This document shows positions 47,833-58,346 of a DNA stretch of 64,000 nt, one piece after another (positions within the stretch are counted from its first letter, which is position 1; the number at the start of each line of letters is the position of its first letter). This stretch comes from an uncultured bacterium (GTDB lineage: Bacteria > JAGOEH01 > CAYLKS01), in contig CAYLKS010000003.1 of assembly GCA_964384205.1 (NCBI GenBank), forward strand, positions 12,337 to 76,336, given 5' to 3'. The notes beneath the pieces are model-generated. The model worked only from the letters and a program-made list of their open reading frames with translations, made no database searches and had not been told where the DNA came from. The translations under genes and the position numbers were made by a program.

Positions 47833-48993
47833 TTAGTCCATTTGCTTTCTTAAGAAAGCAGGAATATCAAAATCTTTAACTTTACTAAGTTTATTTAGAT
47901 ATTCCTCTGGATTATATTTCCTCTCTATTTTTTGTTTTTCAAATTTCTTAGTATCAAACTCAATACTTGTTTGAACCGCATATTTATTTGATCCTTTTGA
48001 CTTATTATTTGTTTTATTAACATTCTTTTCCTGATTGGATTCAAATCCTGTAGCAATCACAGTTACTCTAATTTTATTTTCTAAAGTAGGATCAAAAGAT
48101 GCTCCAAATATCACATTTGCATCATCTCCTGCTGCATCTATAACAACCTGCGCAGCGTCTTCTATTTCTTTTAAAGAAAGGTTTTCAGGACCAACAATAT
48201 TTAATAAAACTCCTCTTGCTCCTCTTATATCAATATCTTCAAGTAAAGGAGAAGAAATAGCATTAGTTGCTGCTGTAATTGCTCTATTTTCACCTTCTGC
48301 AATACCAGTTCCCATCAAAGCACCACCACGTTCCTTCATCACAGTTCTTACATCTGAAAAATCTACATTTATATAACCAGTATTTGTTATAATAGAAGAA
48401 ATCCCCTCTGTGGCATAATACAATATTTCATCTGCTTTCTTAAATGCTTCAGTAAATGGAAGATCCCTAGGAACAATAGATAACAATCTTTGATTGGGTA
48501 TAGTAATCAAAGTATCAACACTGTTTTTTAAATTTTCAAGACCGAATTCTGCATTTCTTAATCTAATTTTACCTTCAAATAAAAAAGGCTTAGTAACAAT
48601 AGCTACTGTTAGAATATTATTTTCTTTTGCAAGCTGAGCAATCACAGGAGCAGCACCTGTTCCTGTGCCGCCACCCATTCCAGCTGTAATAAAAACCATA
48701 TCCGCATCTATAATTGAATTTAAAATAGCCTCTTTACTCTCTTCTGCAGCTTTTTGACCAATTTCTGGATTACCTCCTGCTCCCAATCCTCTTGAAGTCT
48801 TCTCCCCAATTTGAATTTTTACAGATGCTTTAGATGTTTCAAGCACCTGAGCATCTGTATTAACTGCTATGAACTCAACACCTGAAAGACCAGAATCAAT
48901 CATTCTATTAATGGCATTGCCTCCTGCACCACCAACACCAATGACTTTTATTTTGGCTTGTTTTAGATCATCATACTCTAAATCAAAACTCAT
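47833..48993 (-). CDS. ftsZ: Cell division protein FtsZ
   Basis: [18 protein letters not shown] tubulin signature, NVDFSD, C-terminal [11 protein letters not shown]. Confidence 0.99.
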   Translation of the reverse strand: MSFDLEYDDLKQAKIKVIGVGGAGGNAINRMIDSGLSGVEFIAVNTDAQVLETSKASVKIQIGEKTSRGLGAGGNPEIGQKAAEESKEAILNSIIDADMVFITAGMGGGTGTGAAPVIAQLAKENNILTVAIVTKPFLFEGKIRLRNAEFGLENLKNSVDTLITIPNQRLLSIVPRDLPFTEAFKKADEILYYATEGISSIITNTGYINVDFSDVRTVMKERGGALMGTGIAEGENRAITAATNAISSPLLEDIDIRGARGVLLNIVGPENLSLKEIEDAAQVVIDAAGDDANVIFGASFDPTLENKIRVTVIATGFESNQEKNVNKTNNKSKGSNKYAVQTSIEFDTKKFEKQKIERKYNPEEYLNKLSKVKDFDIPAFLRKQMD

Positions 48994-49017
48994 AGTATCC
49001 TCCTTTTATATTTTTTA

Positions 49018-50262
49018 TTAAAATAAATCTTTAATCCATTCTTTCATTTTATCATAAATAACTTTAAATCTATTGCCATCCGATGAAAATCTTGATACTT
49101 CAGATTCACTATAATTTTGTAATCCATATAAACATAATCCAATTCCTGTGGAATATTGAGGATCTGATGCAACTCCTTTCAGTCCGCCAAATCCTACAGG
49201 ATAACCAATGCGAACTGGTTTCTCAAAAATTTGCTCCGCCAAAAGATCCATATTTCTCAATAACGCCCCTCCTCCTGTTAAAACAATACCACCGCCTAAC
49301 AAATCATAATAATCGCTTTTTTTCAATTCCCTATATATCAACATTAATATTTCTTCCACACGTGGTTGAATAATTTTATTCAACACATCCCTTGTAACAT
49401 ATCTATTTTTTCTACCACCAACTGGCCTTACTTCTATCTGTTCTTCCAGATCCTCATCAGAATCTTCAATAGCACAACCATATGTTTTCTTAATCCTCTC
49501 TGCTTCATCAATCGGAGCTGATAATCCGAAAGCTAAATCATCAGTTATACTATTACCACCCAAACCAACAACAGAAGTATATCTTATTGCATTACCATGA
49601 AAAATTGCAATATCTGATGTCCCACCTCCTATATCAATCAAAGCAACTCCTAATTCCTTTTCATCTTCTGTAAGAACAGCAAGACTTGAAGCAAGCGGCT
49701 CTAAAACAATATCTCTTACACCATAACCAGCCTTTTCAACACATCTATATAAATTTTGTGCTGAAGTAATTGCTCCTGTAACAATATGGACCTCTGCTTC
49801 TAATCTAACCCCAGACATACCAACAGGATCATTAATTCCCTTCTGCGAATCAACAATAAACTCCTGCGGAATAGCATGCAACACTTCCCTATCATTTGGA
49901 ATCTGTACAGCAATAGCTGCATCTATCACCCTTCTAACATCTTCTTCTGTAATCTCCTGACCGCGCGCAGCAACAACTCCTTTACTATTCTGGCTTTTAA
50001 TATGATCTCCTGCAATCCCCACATATACATCCATAACTTCAATCCCAGCCATTTTCTCTGCTTCTATTATTGCTCGCTGTATAGACTTTATAGTCTCATC
50101 AATATTAACAACTACTCCTTTTCTCAAACCTTTAGAGGGGGTGTTACCAATCCCCACAATCTTTGGACCTTCTTCTTCATTTTTACGAGCAATAATAGCA
50201 CAAATTTTTGTTGTACCTATATCAAGTCCAACAACAATTCGCTCTTCCTGTGCTCCACTCAT
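49018..50262 (-). CDS. ftsA: Cell division protein FtsA
   Basis: GLDIGTTKIC, GLRKGVV, GMSGVRLE, DIGGGTSD, VLTGGGA. Confidence 0.98.
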   Translation of the reverse strand: MSGAQEERIVVGLDIGTTKICAIIARKNEEEGPKIVGIGNTPSKGLRKGVVVNIDETIKSIQRAIIEAEKMAGIEVMDVYVGIAGDHIKSQNSKGVVAARGQEITEEDVRRVIDAAIAVQIPNDREVLHAIPQEFIVDSQKGINDPVGMSGVRLEAEVHIVTGAITSAQNLYRCVEKAGYGVRDIVLEPLASSLAVLTEDEKELGVALIDIGGGTSDIAIFHGNAIRYTSVVGLGGNSITDDLAFGLSAPIDEAERIKKTYGCAIEDSDEDLEEQIEVRPVGGRKNRYVTRDVLNKIIQPRVEEILMLIYRELKKSDYYDLLGGGIVLTGGGALLRNMDLLAEQIFEKPVRIGYPVGFGGLKGVASDPQYSTGIGLCLYGLQNYSESEVSRFSSDGNRFKVIYDKMKEWIKDLF

Positions 50263-50276
50263 TACTCCTCCTTGCC

Positions 50277-51047
50277 TTATATTTGTTTGGTTATTATTTG
50301 ATTATTATATTTCAAATCAATCAAATTAAAACTATTATCTAAATATAAATAATCAAAAATGAATCCCAGCTGCTTAATAGTCTCAATATTGGTATATTTA
50401 GATAACTCCAATAATTTTCCATTATCTAAAACAAAAATAATCTCATTGTCTTTATCAAATTTAATGAATTTAATTTTTGAATAAATATTCCCCAAATTAT
50501 TCTTTATATATTTTATATACTTCTTACATAAATCTATATTATACTTATTTAAAACTCTCATACTATCAATAATAAGATCTCTAACTTCTGGTAAAATTAA
50601 TAAAGTATCCAACAAAGTATCACTAATCAACTTCCCATTTTCATTCAAATAATAAGGATTGCCATTATAATTAACAACTCCTAATAACTCATACTCCTTT
50701 ATATCTATTGATAAATTAAATAACAATGTCCTGCTTACCTTAATATTACTAAATAATCCAGTACTATCTAATTTAAATGATAATTCTGATATCATTTTTT
50801 TATCCGGAAATTTCCCTATATAAGAAGAATAAATATGAGACAATAACTCCGGTTTTATATAATCTAACTTGTTTATATCAACCTTTTTAACCTTGAAAAA
50901 ATCAATTTTTCTAATTCCAAAATCTAATAAAATAAATACAATAGCAATACCAAATAAAAATAACAGATATTTTCTAAAATTTATCTCCAATTTTTTCTTC
51001 TTATCTATTTTAGAATATTTTCTTTCATAACGCGAATATACTCTCAT
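50277..51047 (-). CDS. ftsQ: Cell division protein FtsQ/DivIB (start revised to ATG 51047)
   Basis: Basic N-terminus, single TM, POTRA-like region, C-terminal IDLKYNNQII; lies between ftsW and ftsA. Confidence 0.8.
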   Translation of the reverse strand: MRVYSRYERKYSKIDKKKKLEINFRKYLLFLFGIAIVFILLDFGIRKIDFFKVKKVDINKLDYIKPELLSHIYSSYIGKFPDKKMISELSFKLDSTGLFSNIKVSRTLLFNLSIDIKEYELLGVVNYNGNPYYLNENGKLISDTLLDTLLILPEVRDLIIDSMRVLNKYNIDLCKKYIKYIKNNLGNIYSKIKFIKFDKDNEIIFVLDNGKLLELSKYTNIETIKQLGFIFDYLYLDNSFNLIDLKYNNQIITKQI

Positions 51048-51048
51048 A

Positions 51049-52149
51049 TTACCTCTCCACTTTATCAAGAACATGCCTTGAAATATTTAACAAAATTCCA
51101 ATACTTATCAAATTAAACAACATAGAGCTACCTCCATAACTAATAAAAGGCAAAGGTAACCCCTTATTGGGTAATATTGAAGTTACAACTCCTATATTAA
51201 TAAGAGCATATAAAACAATCATAATTCCAATACCAGATGCAAGTAAAAAACCAAATAAATCAAGAGCAGATCTTGCTATTTTGATACTTCTTATAAAAAT
51301 CAAAAAATATAAACAAACCAATATTAATGAACCTATAAAACCTGTTTCTTCTGCAAAAATAGAAAAAACAAAATCAGTATGTGATTCCGGTAAATAAAAT
51401 AATTTTTGACTACTCTGGCCAATACCAACTCCTAAAAAGCCTCCTTTACCAATACTAATCAATGACTGATTAATCTGATAATTTATGCCTAAAGGATCAA
51501 GTTCAGGATGCAAAAATCCTAAAAACCTCATATACCTATAATGTGAATGAGTTATTAATAAATAAATCAATGGAGCTGCTACTAATATAGTACCAATAAT
51601 ATATCGTTTAGGAACTCCTCCAACAATCATTATAAAAAAAGAAACCAAAGTAATTGTTACCGCAGTACCAAAATCTGGCTCCAAAACTATCAAAAAAAAT
51701 ACCAAACCTACTATTATGATCAATGGTATATATAAATCTGTAAAAGATTTTATTATATTCTGTTTCCTCGATAAAACATCTGCTAAAAAAATAATCAATA
51801 CAACCTTCGCCATTTCAGATGGCTGAAAATTAAAAAAGACAAACCTTAACCATCTATGAACACCAGAGGATGAATACAATTTTGGCAATAAAACAACTAT
51901 CAAAAAAAAGATACTAATTAATAAAAACAAAAATCCTTTCCTCTCGAAACTGTGATAATCTATCTTACTAAAAATATACATTAACACAATACCTATCAAT
52001 ATCTTTATAATATGATTCAAAGGATAATAAAATTTATTCTGAGAAATTATACTTCCTATACTGAAAGACATTACAATACCTACTCCAACCAAAATAAAAA
52101 CAATTGCTAATATTACAGTATCAATTCTACCTTTATGCGCCTTTAACAT
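51049..52149 (-). CDS. ftsW: SEDS peptidoglycan polymerase FtsW
   Basis: RWLR..FNFQPSEMAK, EPDFGT, YQINQS, G.G.GQSSQK.FYLPESHTDFVF, LPFISYGGSS. Confidence 0.96.
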   Translation of the reverse strand: MLKAHKGRIDTVILAIVFILVGVGIVMSFSIGSIISQNKFYYPLNHIIKILIGIVLMYIFSKIDYHSFERKGFLFLLISIFFLIVVLLPKLYSSSGVHRWLRFVFFNFQPSEMAKVVLIIFLADVLSRKQNIIKSFTDLYIPLIIIVGLVFFLIVLEPDFGTAVTITLVSFFIMIVGGVPKRYIIGTILVAAPLIYLLITHSHYRYMRFLGFLHPELDPLGINYQINQSLISIGKGGFLGVGIGQSSQKLFYLPESHTDFVFSIFAEETGFIGSLILVCLYFLIFIRSIKIARSALDLFGFLLASGIGIMIVLYALINIGVVTSILPNKGLPLPFISYGGSSMLFNLISIGILLNISRHVLDKVER

Positions 52150-53476
52150 ATCCTAAAATCCTTTCAGTTATTTCTTCCATTCTCATTCCTCTTGAACCTT
52201 TAACGCCAATTATAATATCATCTCCTAAGCAAGCTTTTAAGCGATCAAAAAGTGCATTCCTATCATTATTAAAAAATTCTCCCTTAGAATTTCCTTCTAT
52301 AAAATATCTTGAATAATCTCCAAGTGCAAAAATTTTCATTATATTCTCATTATAATTCAATAATAAATTCCCTATTTTCTTATGCAAATCTACTGCTAAT
52401 TCGCCCAATTCAAACATATCCCCAAGCACAAATACTAATTCCTTCTTTTTCTCATTCGATAAATGAGTAGCTGTTCTTATAAACAATTCCATAGAATCAG
52501 GATTAGAATTATAACAATCATTTATTATTAATATATTATTTAGTTCTATAATCTCCATCCTTTTGTCAGACGGTTTAAATTCATCAATAGATTGCTGAAT
52601 TAATTTATTATTAATATCAAAATAATCAGCAAGTGCCAAAACTAAAGCAAGATTATCAATATAAGGTAAAATATAAGAATTTATTTCAAAACTACGATTA
52701 GCATATTGTAATATATTTCCATTTAAAAGATAATCTTTACCATATTCAATGATTACCTTTTTCTTAATATCAAAAGCCTTTATATATTTTTGAAGAATTG
52801 AATCTTCTTTATTAAAAATAGCAATTTTATCCCTCTGCAAATATCTAAAAATATCAGCTTTTTCCTTTGCAACATTTTCCAAATCTTTAAAAAACTCCAA
52901 ATGACCATGCCCAATCTTTGTAATAATCCCAATATGAGGATTTATAATACTTGCCAAAAAATCTATCTCGCCCGGATAATTAGTGCCAATTTCAAAAACA
53001 ACAATTTCTGTACCCTCTGGTATATTAAAAATATTATAAATCAATCCTAAAAAATTATTAAAATTCTTAAAACTCTTGTACACCCTAAATTTTTTATTCA
53101 ACATAGAAGCACATAACTCTTTTGTAGTTGTTTTACCAACTGTACCTGTTATTGCAATCTTATATTTTAAATTAAGTTTATCCAAAAAAAACTTGCCCTT
53201 TTCAATAAGATAATTTTCAACATTATTCACAGGAACTAAATATTTATATAAACTTCTATCAAATCTCTCTAAATAATTTTTATCTATAATAGCCCCAGCT
53301 ATTTCCTTATTAATAATAGCATCTTCCACATAATTATGTCCATCATTTTTTTCAGTTTTTATGGCAACAAAAATTTGACCAGCAGAAATTTGCCTTGTAT
53401 CAAAATGAATACCCTTAAATTCATCATCATAATGTTTTAAATGATTTTGCTCGATAAAAATTTCTCTAATCTTCAT
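52133..53476 (-). CDS. murF: UDP-MurNAc-tripeptide--D-Ala-D-Ala ligase
   Basis: DGHNY, ITGTVGKTTTKE, NFNN..G, HLEFF, NDCYNSNPDSM, LGDMFELG, KGSRGMRME. Confidence 0.95.
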   Translation of the reverse strand: MKIREIFIEQNHLKHYDDEFKGIHFDTRQISAGQIFVAIKTEKNDGHNYVEDAIINKEIAGAIIDKNYLERFDRSLYKYLVPVNNVENYLIEKGKFFLDKLNLKYKIAITGTVGKTTTKELCASMLNKKFRVYKSFKNFNNFLGLIYNIFNIPEGTEIVVFEIGTNYPGEIDFLASIINPHIGIITKIGHGHLEFFKDLENVAKEKADIFRYLQRDKIAIFNKEDSILQKYIKAFDIKKKVIIEYGKDYLLNGNILQYANRSFEINSYILPYIDNLALVLALADYFDINNKLIQQSIDEFKPSDKRMEIIELNNILIINDCYNSNPDSMELFIRTATHLSNEKKKELVFVLGDMFELGELAVDLHKKIGNLLLNYNENIMKIFALGDYSRYFIEGNSKGEFFNNDRNALFDRLKACLGDDIIIGVKGSRGMRMEEITERILGYVKGA

Positions 53477-55529
53477 TTGTAACTTCCGGAATAATGATAT
53501 TGTTATTTAATTCATTTTTTGAATCAATATCCACTTTTTCCTCTACAATATCTTTAGCATATAAAACTACTGTTTTTCCTGATTTAATTTCAGCACCTGG
53601 TTCTGGGATTTGTTTATAAACTATTCCTTTACCATAAGATACAACTTTAAAATTATTTCTTTGTAGAATTAATTTTGCATTGGATAAAACTAAATTCTTA
53701 AAATCAGGCAATATTACATAACCTTTTTTTTCTTTGAAAATGATTTTTCTATTCAACTCACTACCAATATTTGAATTAACATTCACAAAATTCTTTGCGA
53801 TTCCCTTCTTAACTAAATAATCTTCTAATTTATTGCCCTTCAATAAAAAAATACGTTGAAATATTCTTTTAAACACAGGAGCAGCAACAGTTCCTCCAAA
53901 ATTTGAACCCTTCTTCGGATCTTTAATAATTATAAGACAACTATATTTTGGTTCATCAGCTGGCAAAAAACCAATAAAACTGGGGATAGTTTTATGCCCT
54001 GAATATTTTTTAGTCAAAGGATCAATATACTGAGCAGTACCTGTTTTACCAGCAATAGGTATGCTTTTTATACCAGCCCTAACTCCTGTGCCTGAATCAA
54101 CTACAGCAATAAGATATTCAATTAACTTTTTTCTAATATCTTCATCAAGCACCCTTCTTATAACAAGATTATCAAATTCTTCGACTCTCTTATCCGGGTA
54201 AACTATTTTTTTGATAATTCTCGGTTCAACAAGCGCTCCATCTCTTGCAATTAAATTATAAGCATTGATCAATTGTATAGGTGTAACAGCCACTTCCTGC
54301 CCTATAGACATTGTAGCTTTAGACCTTGCAGACCACTTTTCAGGGCTTCTTAATATACCTCTAACCTCTCCTGGAAGTTCAATTCCTGTAATTTCTCCAA
54401 AACCAAATAATTTTAAAAATTTAAAAAAATTCTGATCTGAGATACGTTCAGCAATCTTTATAATACCTATATTAGAACTATGTGCTATTATATCTTTCAA
54501 TCCAACCCAGCCAAAAGGATGAAGATCATGAATAACCTCGTCATTAATACTATAATGTCCATTATTGGCAAAAATAAGTTCATCTTCATTAACAAGCTTC
54601 AATTGCATCGCTGCTGCTAAAGAAAAAATCTTAAATGTACTACCTGGTTCATAAATATCTGTTATAGCTCTATTTCTACTATTTTCATTGATAACTTTCC
54701 TTGGATATTCATTAGGATTAAATAAAGGAACTGTTGCCATAGCCAAAATTTCATTAGTCTGAACATTTGTTATTATCCCAATGCCTATCTCCGCTTCCAG
54801 ACTATCAACTATATTAGAGAGCTCATCTTCTAATATTTCCTGAAACTTGCAATCCAATGTAGTATAAATATCACATCCATTTACTGGTTCTTTTATAATA
54901 TTATTGGGCAATCTATATTTATTCAATCTACCATCCCGCAAAAGATAACATAAACCATCCTCACCTGATAATAAAGAATCAAATTTAAATTCTAAACCTT
55001 CTATTCCTTTATTATCAATATTCGTAAATCCTATAACCTGAGACGCAAGACCTCCAAAAGGATAAAATCTTATATCATCAACCTTTTTATATACTCCTTC
55101 TAAATGATAATTATCTATTAATTGCGCTTTATTGTCCATAACCTTTCGCGCAAGATATAAAAAATTATTTCTCTTTTTAAATTGATCTAAAATATCTTCT
55201 TTACTCTTCGATGTAAATTTTGAAAATACCTCTGCCACCTTTAATGTATCCTTAACTTTATAAGGTACAGCAAAATAAGTAAAAGCTTTCAAATTTATAG
55301 CAAGCGTCTGACCATTTCTATCATATATATATCCTCTTTTAGCAGGGACCGGAGTAATCAGCATCGATTGCTTTTTTGCTTTTTTCTCATAATACCCATG
55401 CTTCAATATTTGCAAATTAAATAATCTAAAAATAATTGCTATCAAAAAAAAGACTAATATGCCACTAACTATTTTCAAATTATTTAAATGAAATGATTTA
55501 ACTCTCTCAATTCTATAAGAATACCTCAT
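53466..55529 (-). CDS. ftsI: Class B penicillin-binding protein FtsI with C-terminal PASTA
   Basis: RGYIYDRNG, EPGSTFK (SxxK), SSNIG (SxN), GKTGTAQ, PASTA-like LPDFKNL...QIPEPG. Confidence 0.95.
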   Translation of the reverse strand: MRYSYRIERVKSFHLNNLKIVSGILVFFLIAIIFRLFNLQILKHGYYEKKAKKQSMLITPVPAKRGYIYDRNGQTLAINLKAFTYFAVPYKVKDTLKVAEVFSKFTSKSKEDILDQFKKRNNFLYLARKVMDNKAQLIDNYHLEGVYKKVDDIRFYPFGGLASQVIGFTNIDNKGIEGLEFKFDSLLSGEDGLCYLLRDGRLNKYRLPNNIIKEPVNGCDIYTTLDCKFQEILEDELSNIVDSLEAEIGIGIITNVQTNEILAMATVPLFNPNEYPRKVINENSRNRAITDIYEPGSTFKIFSLAAAMQLKLVNEDELIFANNGHYSINDEVIHDLHPFGWVGLKDIIAHSSNIGIIKIAERISDQNFFKFLKLFGFGEITGIELPGEVRGILRSPEKWSARSKATMSIGQEVAVTPIQLINAYNLIARDGALVEPRIIKKIVYPDKRVEEFDNLVIRRVLDEDIRKKLIEYLIAVVDSGTGVRAGIKSIPIAGKTGTAQYIDPLTKKYSGHKTIPSFIGFLPADEPKYSCLIIIKDPKKGSNFGGTVAAPVFKRIFQRIFLLKGNKLEDYLVKKGIAKNFVNVNSNIGSELNRKIIFKEKKGYVILPDFKNLVLSNAKLILQRNNFKVVSYGKGIVYKQIPEPGAEIKSGKTVVLYAKDIVEEKVDIDSKNELNNNIIIPEVTNED

Positions 55530-55906
55530 AATTTTGCTAAATATTCATTATCTATCTCATTTTCTTCTGTGAAAATGACAATATTATTCACAGACGGATA
55601 AATCATATTAAGATTTTTTCTTGCGAAATTAGAAATTCTGGAAGGCGACTTTAAAGCCTGGATTCTGATAGATATATTTTGATTAATCTTTGATTCTAAA
55701 AAAAGATCCTTTTGTAAATTAGAAAGTTTAATTGAACTATTCAAAATAAATACTCTATTGTAAATATTAATTGAAAACAATATTATCAATACAGATAGCA
55801 TAAACATTAATCTTTTCACTGGTAAATTCACAGGCTCTATAAATTTTTTCTGTGAATAATAACCTTTTTTAACTTTGGAAGGCCTAAAAGAGTAATAACT
55901 TTTCAT
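55526..55906 (-). CDS. ftsL: Cell division protein FtsL
   Basis: Single TM + coiled coil + LKSPSRISNFARKNLNM; between rsmH and ftsI. Confidence 0.8.
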   Translation of the reverse strand: MKSYYSFRPSKVKKGYYSQKKFIEPVNLPVKRLMFMLSVLIILFSINIYNRVFILNSSIKLSNLQKDLFLESKINQNISIRIQALKSPSRISNFARKNLNMIYPSVNNIVIFTEENEIDNEYLAKL

Positions 55907-55924
55907 TTAATAACTCCTTTTATT

Positions 55925-56848
55925 TTAAATTTTCTCTGCTACACGTAGTTTTGCACTTCTCGCACGAATATTAAATTCTACTTCTACTTCATCAGGAACA
56001 ATTGGTTTTTTAGTAATAATTTTCAAACTTGCTTTATGCCTACAATTACAAACTGGAACTTCTGGAGGGCAAATACAATCACTTGATTCTAATTTAAAAA
56101 AATCCTTTACAATTCTATCTTCTAAAGAATGATAACTAATTACAACAATCCTTCCTTTAGAATCAAGAAAACCCAAAACATCTTCCAGAGATCTCTTCAA
56201 ATTTTCTAATTCTCTATTGACTTCTATTCTTATAGCTTGAAATAACTTAGATAACTCTTTTATCAAATTAGCATGAACAAAAACTGGCTCAACAATATCT
56301 TTAATATCGCGTACATATTTTATTTCTCTATCCTTCCTGAATTCGATGATCCTTCTTGCAATTGCTCTATATTGCTTTAATTCTCCATATTCCTTAAAAA
56401 TCCTTTCAAGTTCATCCTGAGAATAATTGTTCAAAATATTTATAGCACTATTTTCAGAAAGCCCCATATTCATATCCAAAATCGCATCATCATCTCTATA
56501 AGAAAAACCCTTTTCATATTGATTTAACTGATATGATGAAACTCCAAGATCATATAATATTCCATTTATTTTATTAATTCCCAGCTCTGCTAATATATTT
56601 TTTATATTAGCAAAATTATCACGTACAACTTTCCAGTTATCATACTGCTTATACTTTTTATAAAAATTTTCAATTGCATCTTTATCCATATCTATAGAAA
56701 TAAGCATACCATTAGAGGATAATCTTTTTAATATTTCATAAGAATGCCCACCGCCACCCAAAGTTGCATCAACATATATTCCATCAGAAATTATATCCAG
56801 ATATTCTATAGACTTTTCTAACAAAACTGGCTTATGATATATTTGCAT
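55925..56848 (-). CDS. rsmH: 16S rRNA m4C1402 methyltransferase
   Basis: HKPVLL, DATLGGGGHS, DLGVSSYQL, FQAIRIEVNREL, SYHSLEDRIVK, RARSAKLR. Confidence 0.98.
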   Translation of the reverse strand: MQIYHKPVLLEKSIEYLDIISDGIYVDATLGGGGHSYEILKRLSSNGMLISIDMDKDAIENFYKKYKQYDNWKVVRDNFANIKNILAELGINKINGILYDLGVSSYQLNQYEKGFSYRDDDAILDMNMGLSENSAINILNNYSQDELERIFKEYGELKQYRAIARRIIEFRKDREIKYVRDIKDIVEPVFVHANLIKELSKLFQAIRIEVNRELENLKRSLEDVLGFLDSKGRIVVISYHSLEDRIVKDFFKLESSDCICPPEVPVCNCRHKASLKIITKKPIVPDEVEVEFNIRARSAKLRVAEKI

Positions 56849-57146
56849 TTTTCAAATACCTATCAAGGACTGGAAAATCAATAAAATCCTTTGAAAAATT
56901 TAAAATATTTCGCACATCAGACGACATATTTCTAAAAATAATTTTTATCCCCCTTCTTTTCATAATAGAACAACACGCTAACAATTTCTGAGCATCTCTA
57001 TAATGGATATAGGTGGTTTTTTTAAAGTCAAGAATACATATATCAAAATCATTATCTAAAACAGAATACATATTATCAACATCCTCTGTCTTTACTGTTT
57101 TATTAAAATACACTTTTAACTGCTGCTTAGAAATATAAAATCTCAT
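56832..57146 (-). CDS. STAS-domain-like small protein
   Basis: ICILDFKKTTYI...KLL...MKRRGIKIIFRNMSSDVRNIL follows the STAS pattern; the DSSG phospho-site is absent. Confidence 0.6.
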   Translation of the reverse strand: MRFYISKQQLKVYFNKTVKTEDVDNMYSVLDNDFDICILDFKKTTYIHYRDAQKLLACCSIMKRRGIKIIFRNMSSDVRNILNFSKDFIDFPVLDRYLKNANIS

Positions 57147-57157
57147 TTGTCAATCAC

Positions 57158-57610
57158 CTAAAATGAAAATGATAATTCTTCAGCAATTTTATTTATATCT
57201 GATTCCACATCTCCCATAAACTGATCAAAATCTTCTGGATTCCATATTTGAATTTTATCTATATCACCAACAAACAGCACTTTCCTTTCTTTATTACTAT
57301 TATCTAATTTTAAGAGTTTGATAAAATTAGAATTCAAATTTATCCGTCCTTGTTTATCTATATCCACATAATCAGCATTCCCAGCAAAAAAAATACGCAA
57401 TTTTCTTGCAGAAGAATTCCACTGAGAAAGGTTTTCTAATTTTTCCAACAACTTCTCCCAATTTTCAACAGTATAAGAATACAAACATCCATCCAAACCT
57501 TTTGTAATTACTATTTGACTTGCGCCTAATAATTTTCTAAACTTATGAGGAATTGCTACTCTACCTTTTATATCAACAGAATTTAAAAATCTACCAGAAA
57601 AATAATTCAT
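57158..57610 (-). CDS. mraZ: Transcriptional regulator MraZ
   Basis: SVDIKGRVAIP, TKGLDGCL, DIDKQGRI (two DxxGR motifs), IQIW. Confidence 0.95.
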   Translation of the reverse strand: MNYFSGRFLNSVDIKGRVAIPHKFRKLLGASQIVITKGLDGCLYSYTVENWEKLLEKLENLSQWNSSARKLRIFFAGNADYVDIDKQGRINLNSNFIKLLKLDNSNKERKVLFVGDIDKIQIWNPEDFDQFMGDVESDINKIAEELSFSF

Positions 57611-57630
57611 TTTTTATCCTAAAACCTTTC

Positions 57631-57664
57631 CCAATTTTCACCACATTTTACCACTTATCACCAC
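57631..57664 (-). promoter_or_regulatory. MraZ-binding dcw boxes (GTGG-N6 repeats)
   Basis: CCAC at 57641, 57651 and 57661 on the plus strand (GTGG on minus) at exact 10-nt spacing, plus a degenerate CCAA at 57631. Confidence 0.85.
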
Positions 57665-57673
57665 TTAATTCTA

Positions 57674-57701
57674 ATTATATAATTTTTCCTCTTCTTGTCA
57701 A
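57674..57701 (-). promoter_or_regulatory. dcw cluster promoter
   Basis: TTGACA-16-TATAAT immediately upstream of the GTGG boxes. Confidence 0.85.
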
Positions 57702-57861
57702 GTATTATTTTTTTTTATAAAAAAAATATAATTTTTTACAACTTATTGTATATCAATATATTATACTTTGTATTTCTAAAATGATATAAAAAAAATTTTC
57801 TTTATTAAAAAATATAAATTAATATTTATTTATTAAAATTCCTATAAATACCTATATAAAT

Positions 57862-58332
57862 TTATTTACACATGCCACGGCGTATTTCATGTAAATATTT
57901 TTTCAATCGCCTTGGAAATTTCTCTTCAAAAACAATATATTTAACATACTGCTTATATGTTAAAATATCTCTCATTTCATTACGAAAATTCTCCATCTCT
58001 TCTCTAATTTGATATCCAATTTCATCTATAGCATCAATAATTTTATCACAATGTTTCCTATCTATTTTATTTTCTCTTATCAAGCCATCTAAACTATCTA
58101 TTAATTTTTCTTTTTGTTTAAAAAGCTCAAAAAGTTTCTCTCTATTCTTCTTTACTAATGGAAATATTACTGCTGTCTGCTCTTCAGTCAAATTTAACTC
58201 TTCTGTTAACTTCAATAATTTTAGTGTCTGAATTTTAGAATCAAGTCTTGGATCAGGCGGTCTTTTAAAATCATCTGCTCGTAAACTTGAAAACATTATA
58301 AAAATAACAAATAACCAAAATAATTTATTCAT
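57862..58332 (-). CDS. Periplasmic helical protein, Spy/CpxP-like
   Basis: Signal peptide; LTEELNLTEEQ and ILTYKQ (LTxxQ motifs). Confidence 0.65.
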   Translation of the reverse strand: MNKLFWLFVIFIMFSSLRADDFKRPPDPRLDSKIQTLKLLKLTEELNLTEEQTAVIFPLVKKNREKLFELFKQKEKLIDSLDGLIRENKIDRKHCDKIIDAIDEIGYQIREEMENFRNEMRDILTYKQYVKYIVFEEKFPRRLKKYLHEIRRGMCK

Positions 58333-58346
58333 ATAAAATCTCCTTT

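Noticed and set aside
2486-51397. Short ORF-track entries antisense to or nested in real genes (e.g. 2486-2797, 2858-3106, 4526-4825, 8316-8516, 15165-15521, 42366-42629, 46287-46517, 48035-48376, 49876-50301, 51167-51397)
   Set aside because: Shadow ORFs opposite or inside well-supported genes; no SD, no motifs, and their composition mirrors the real gene's codon bias.
57744-57758. TATTG-N5-CAATA inverted repeat upstream of the dcw promoter
   Set aside because: 5-bp arms only; no second copy found.
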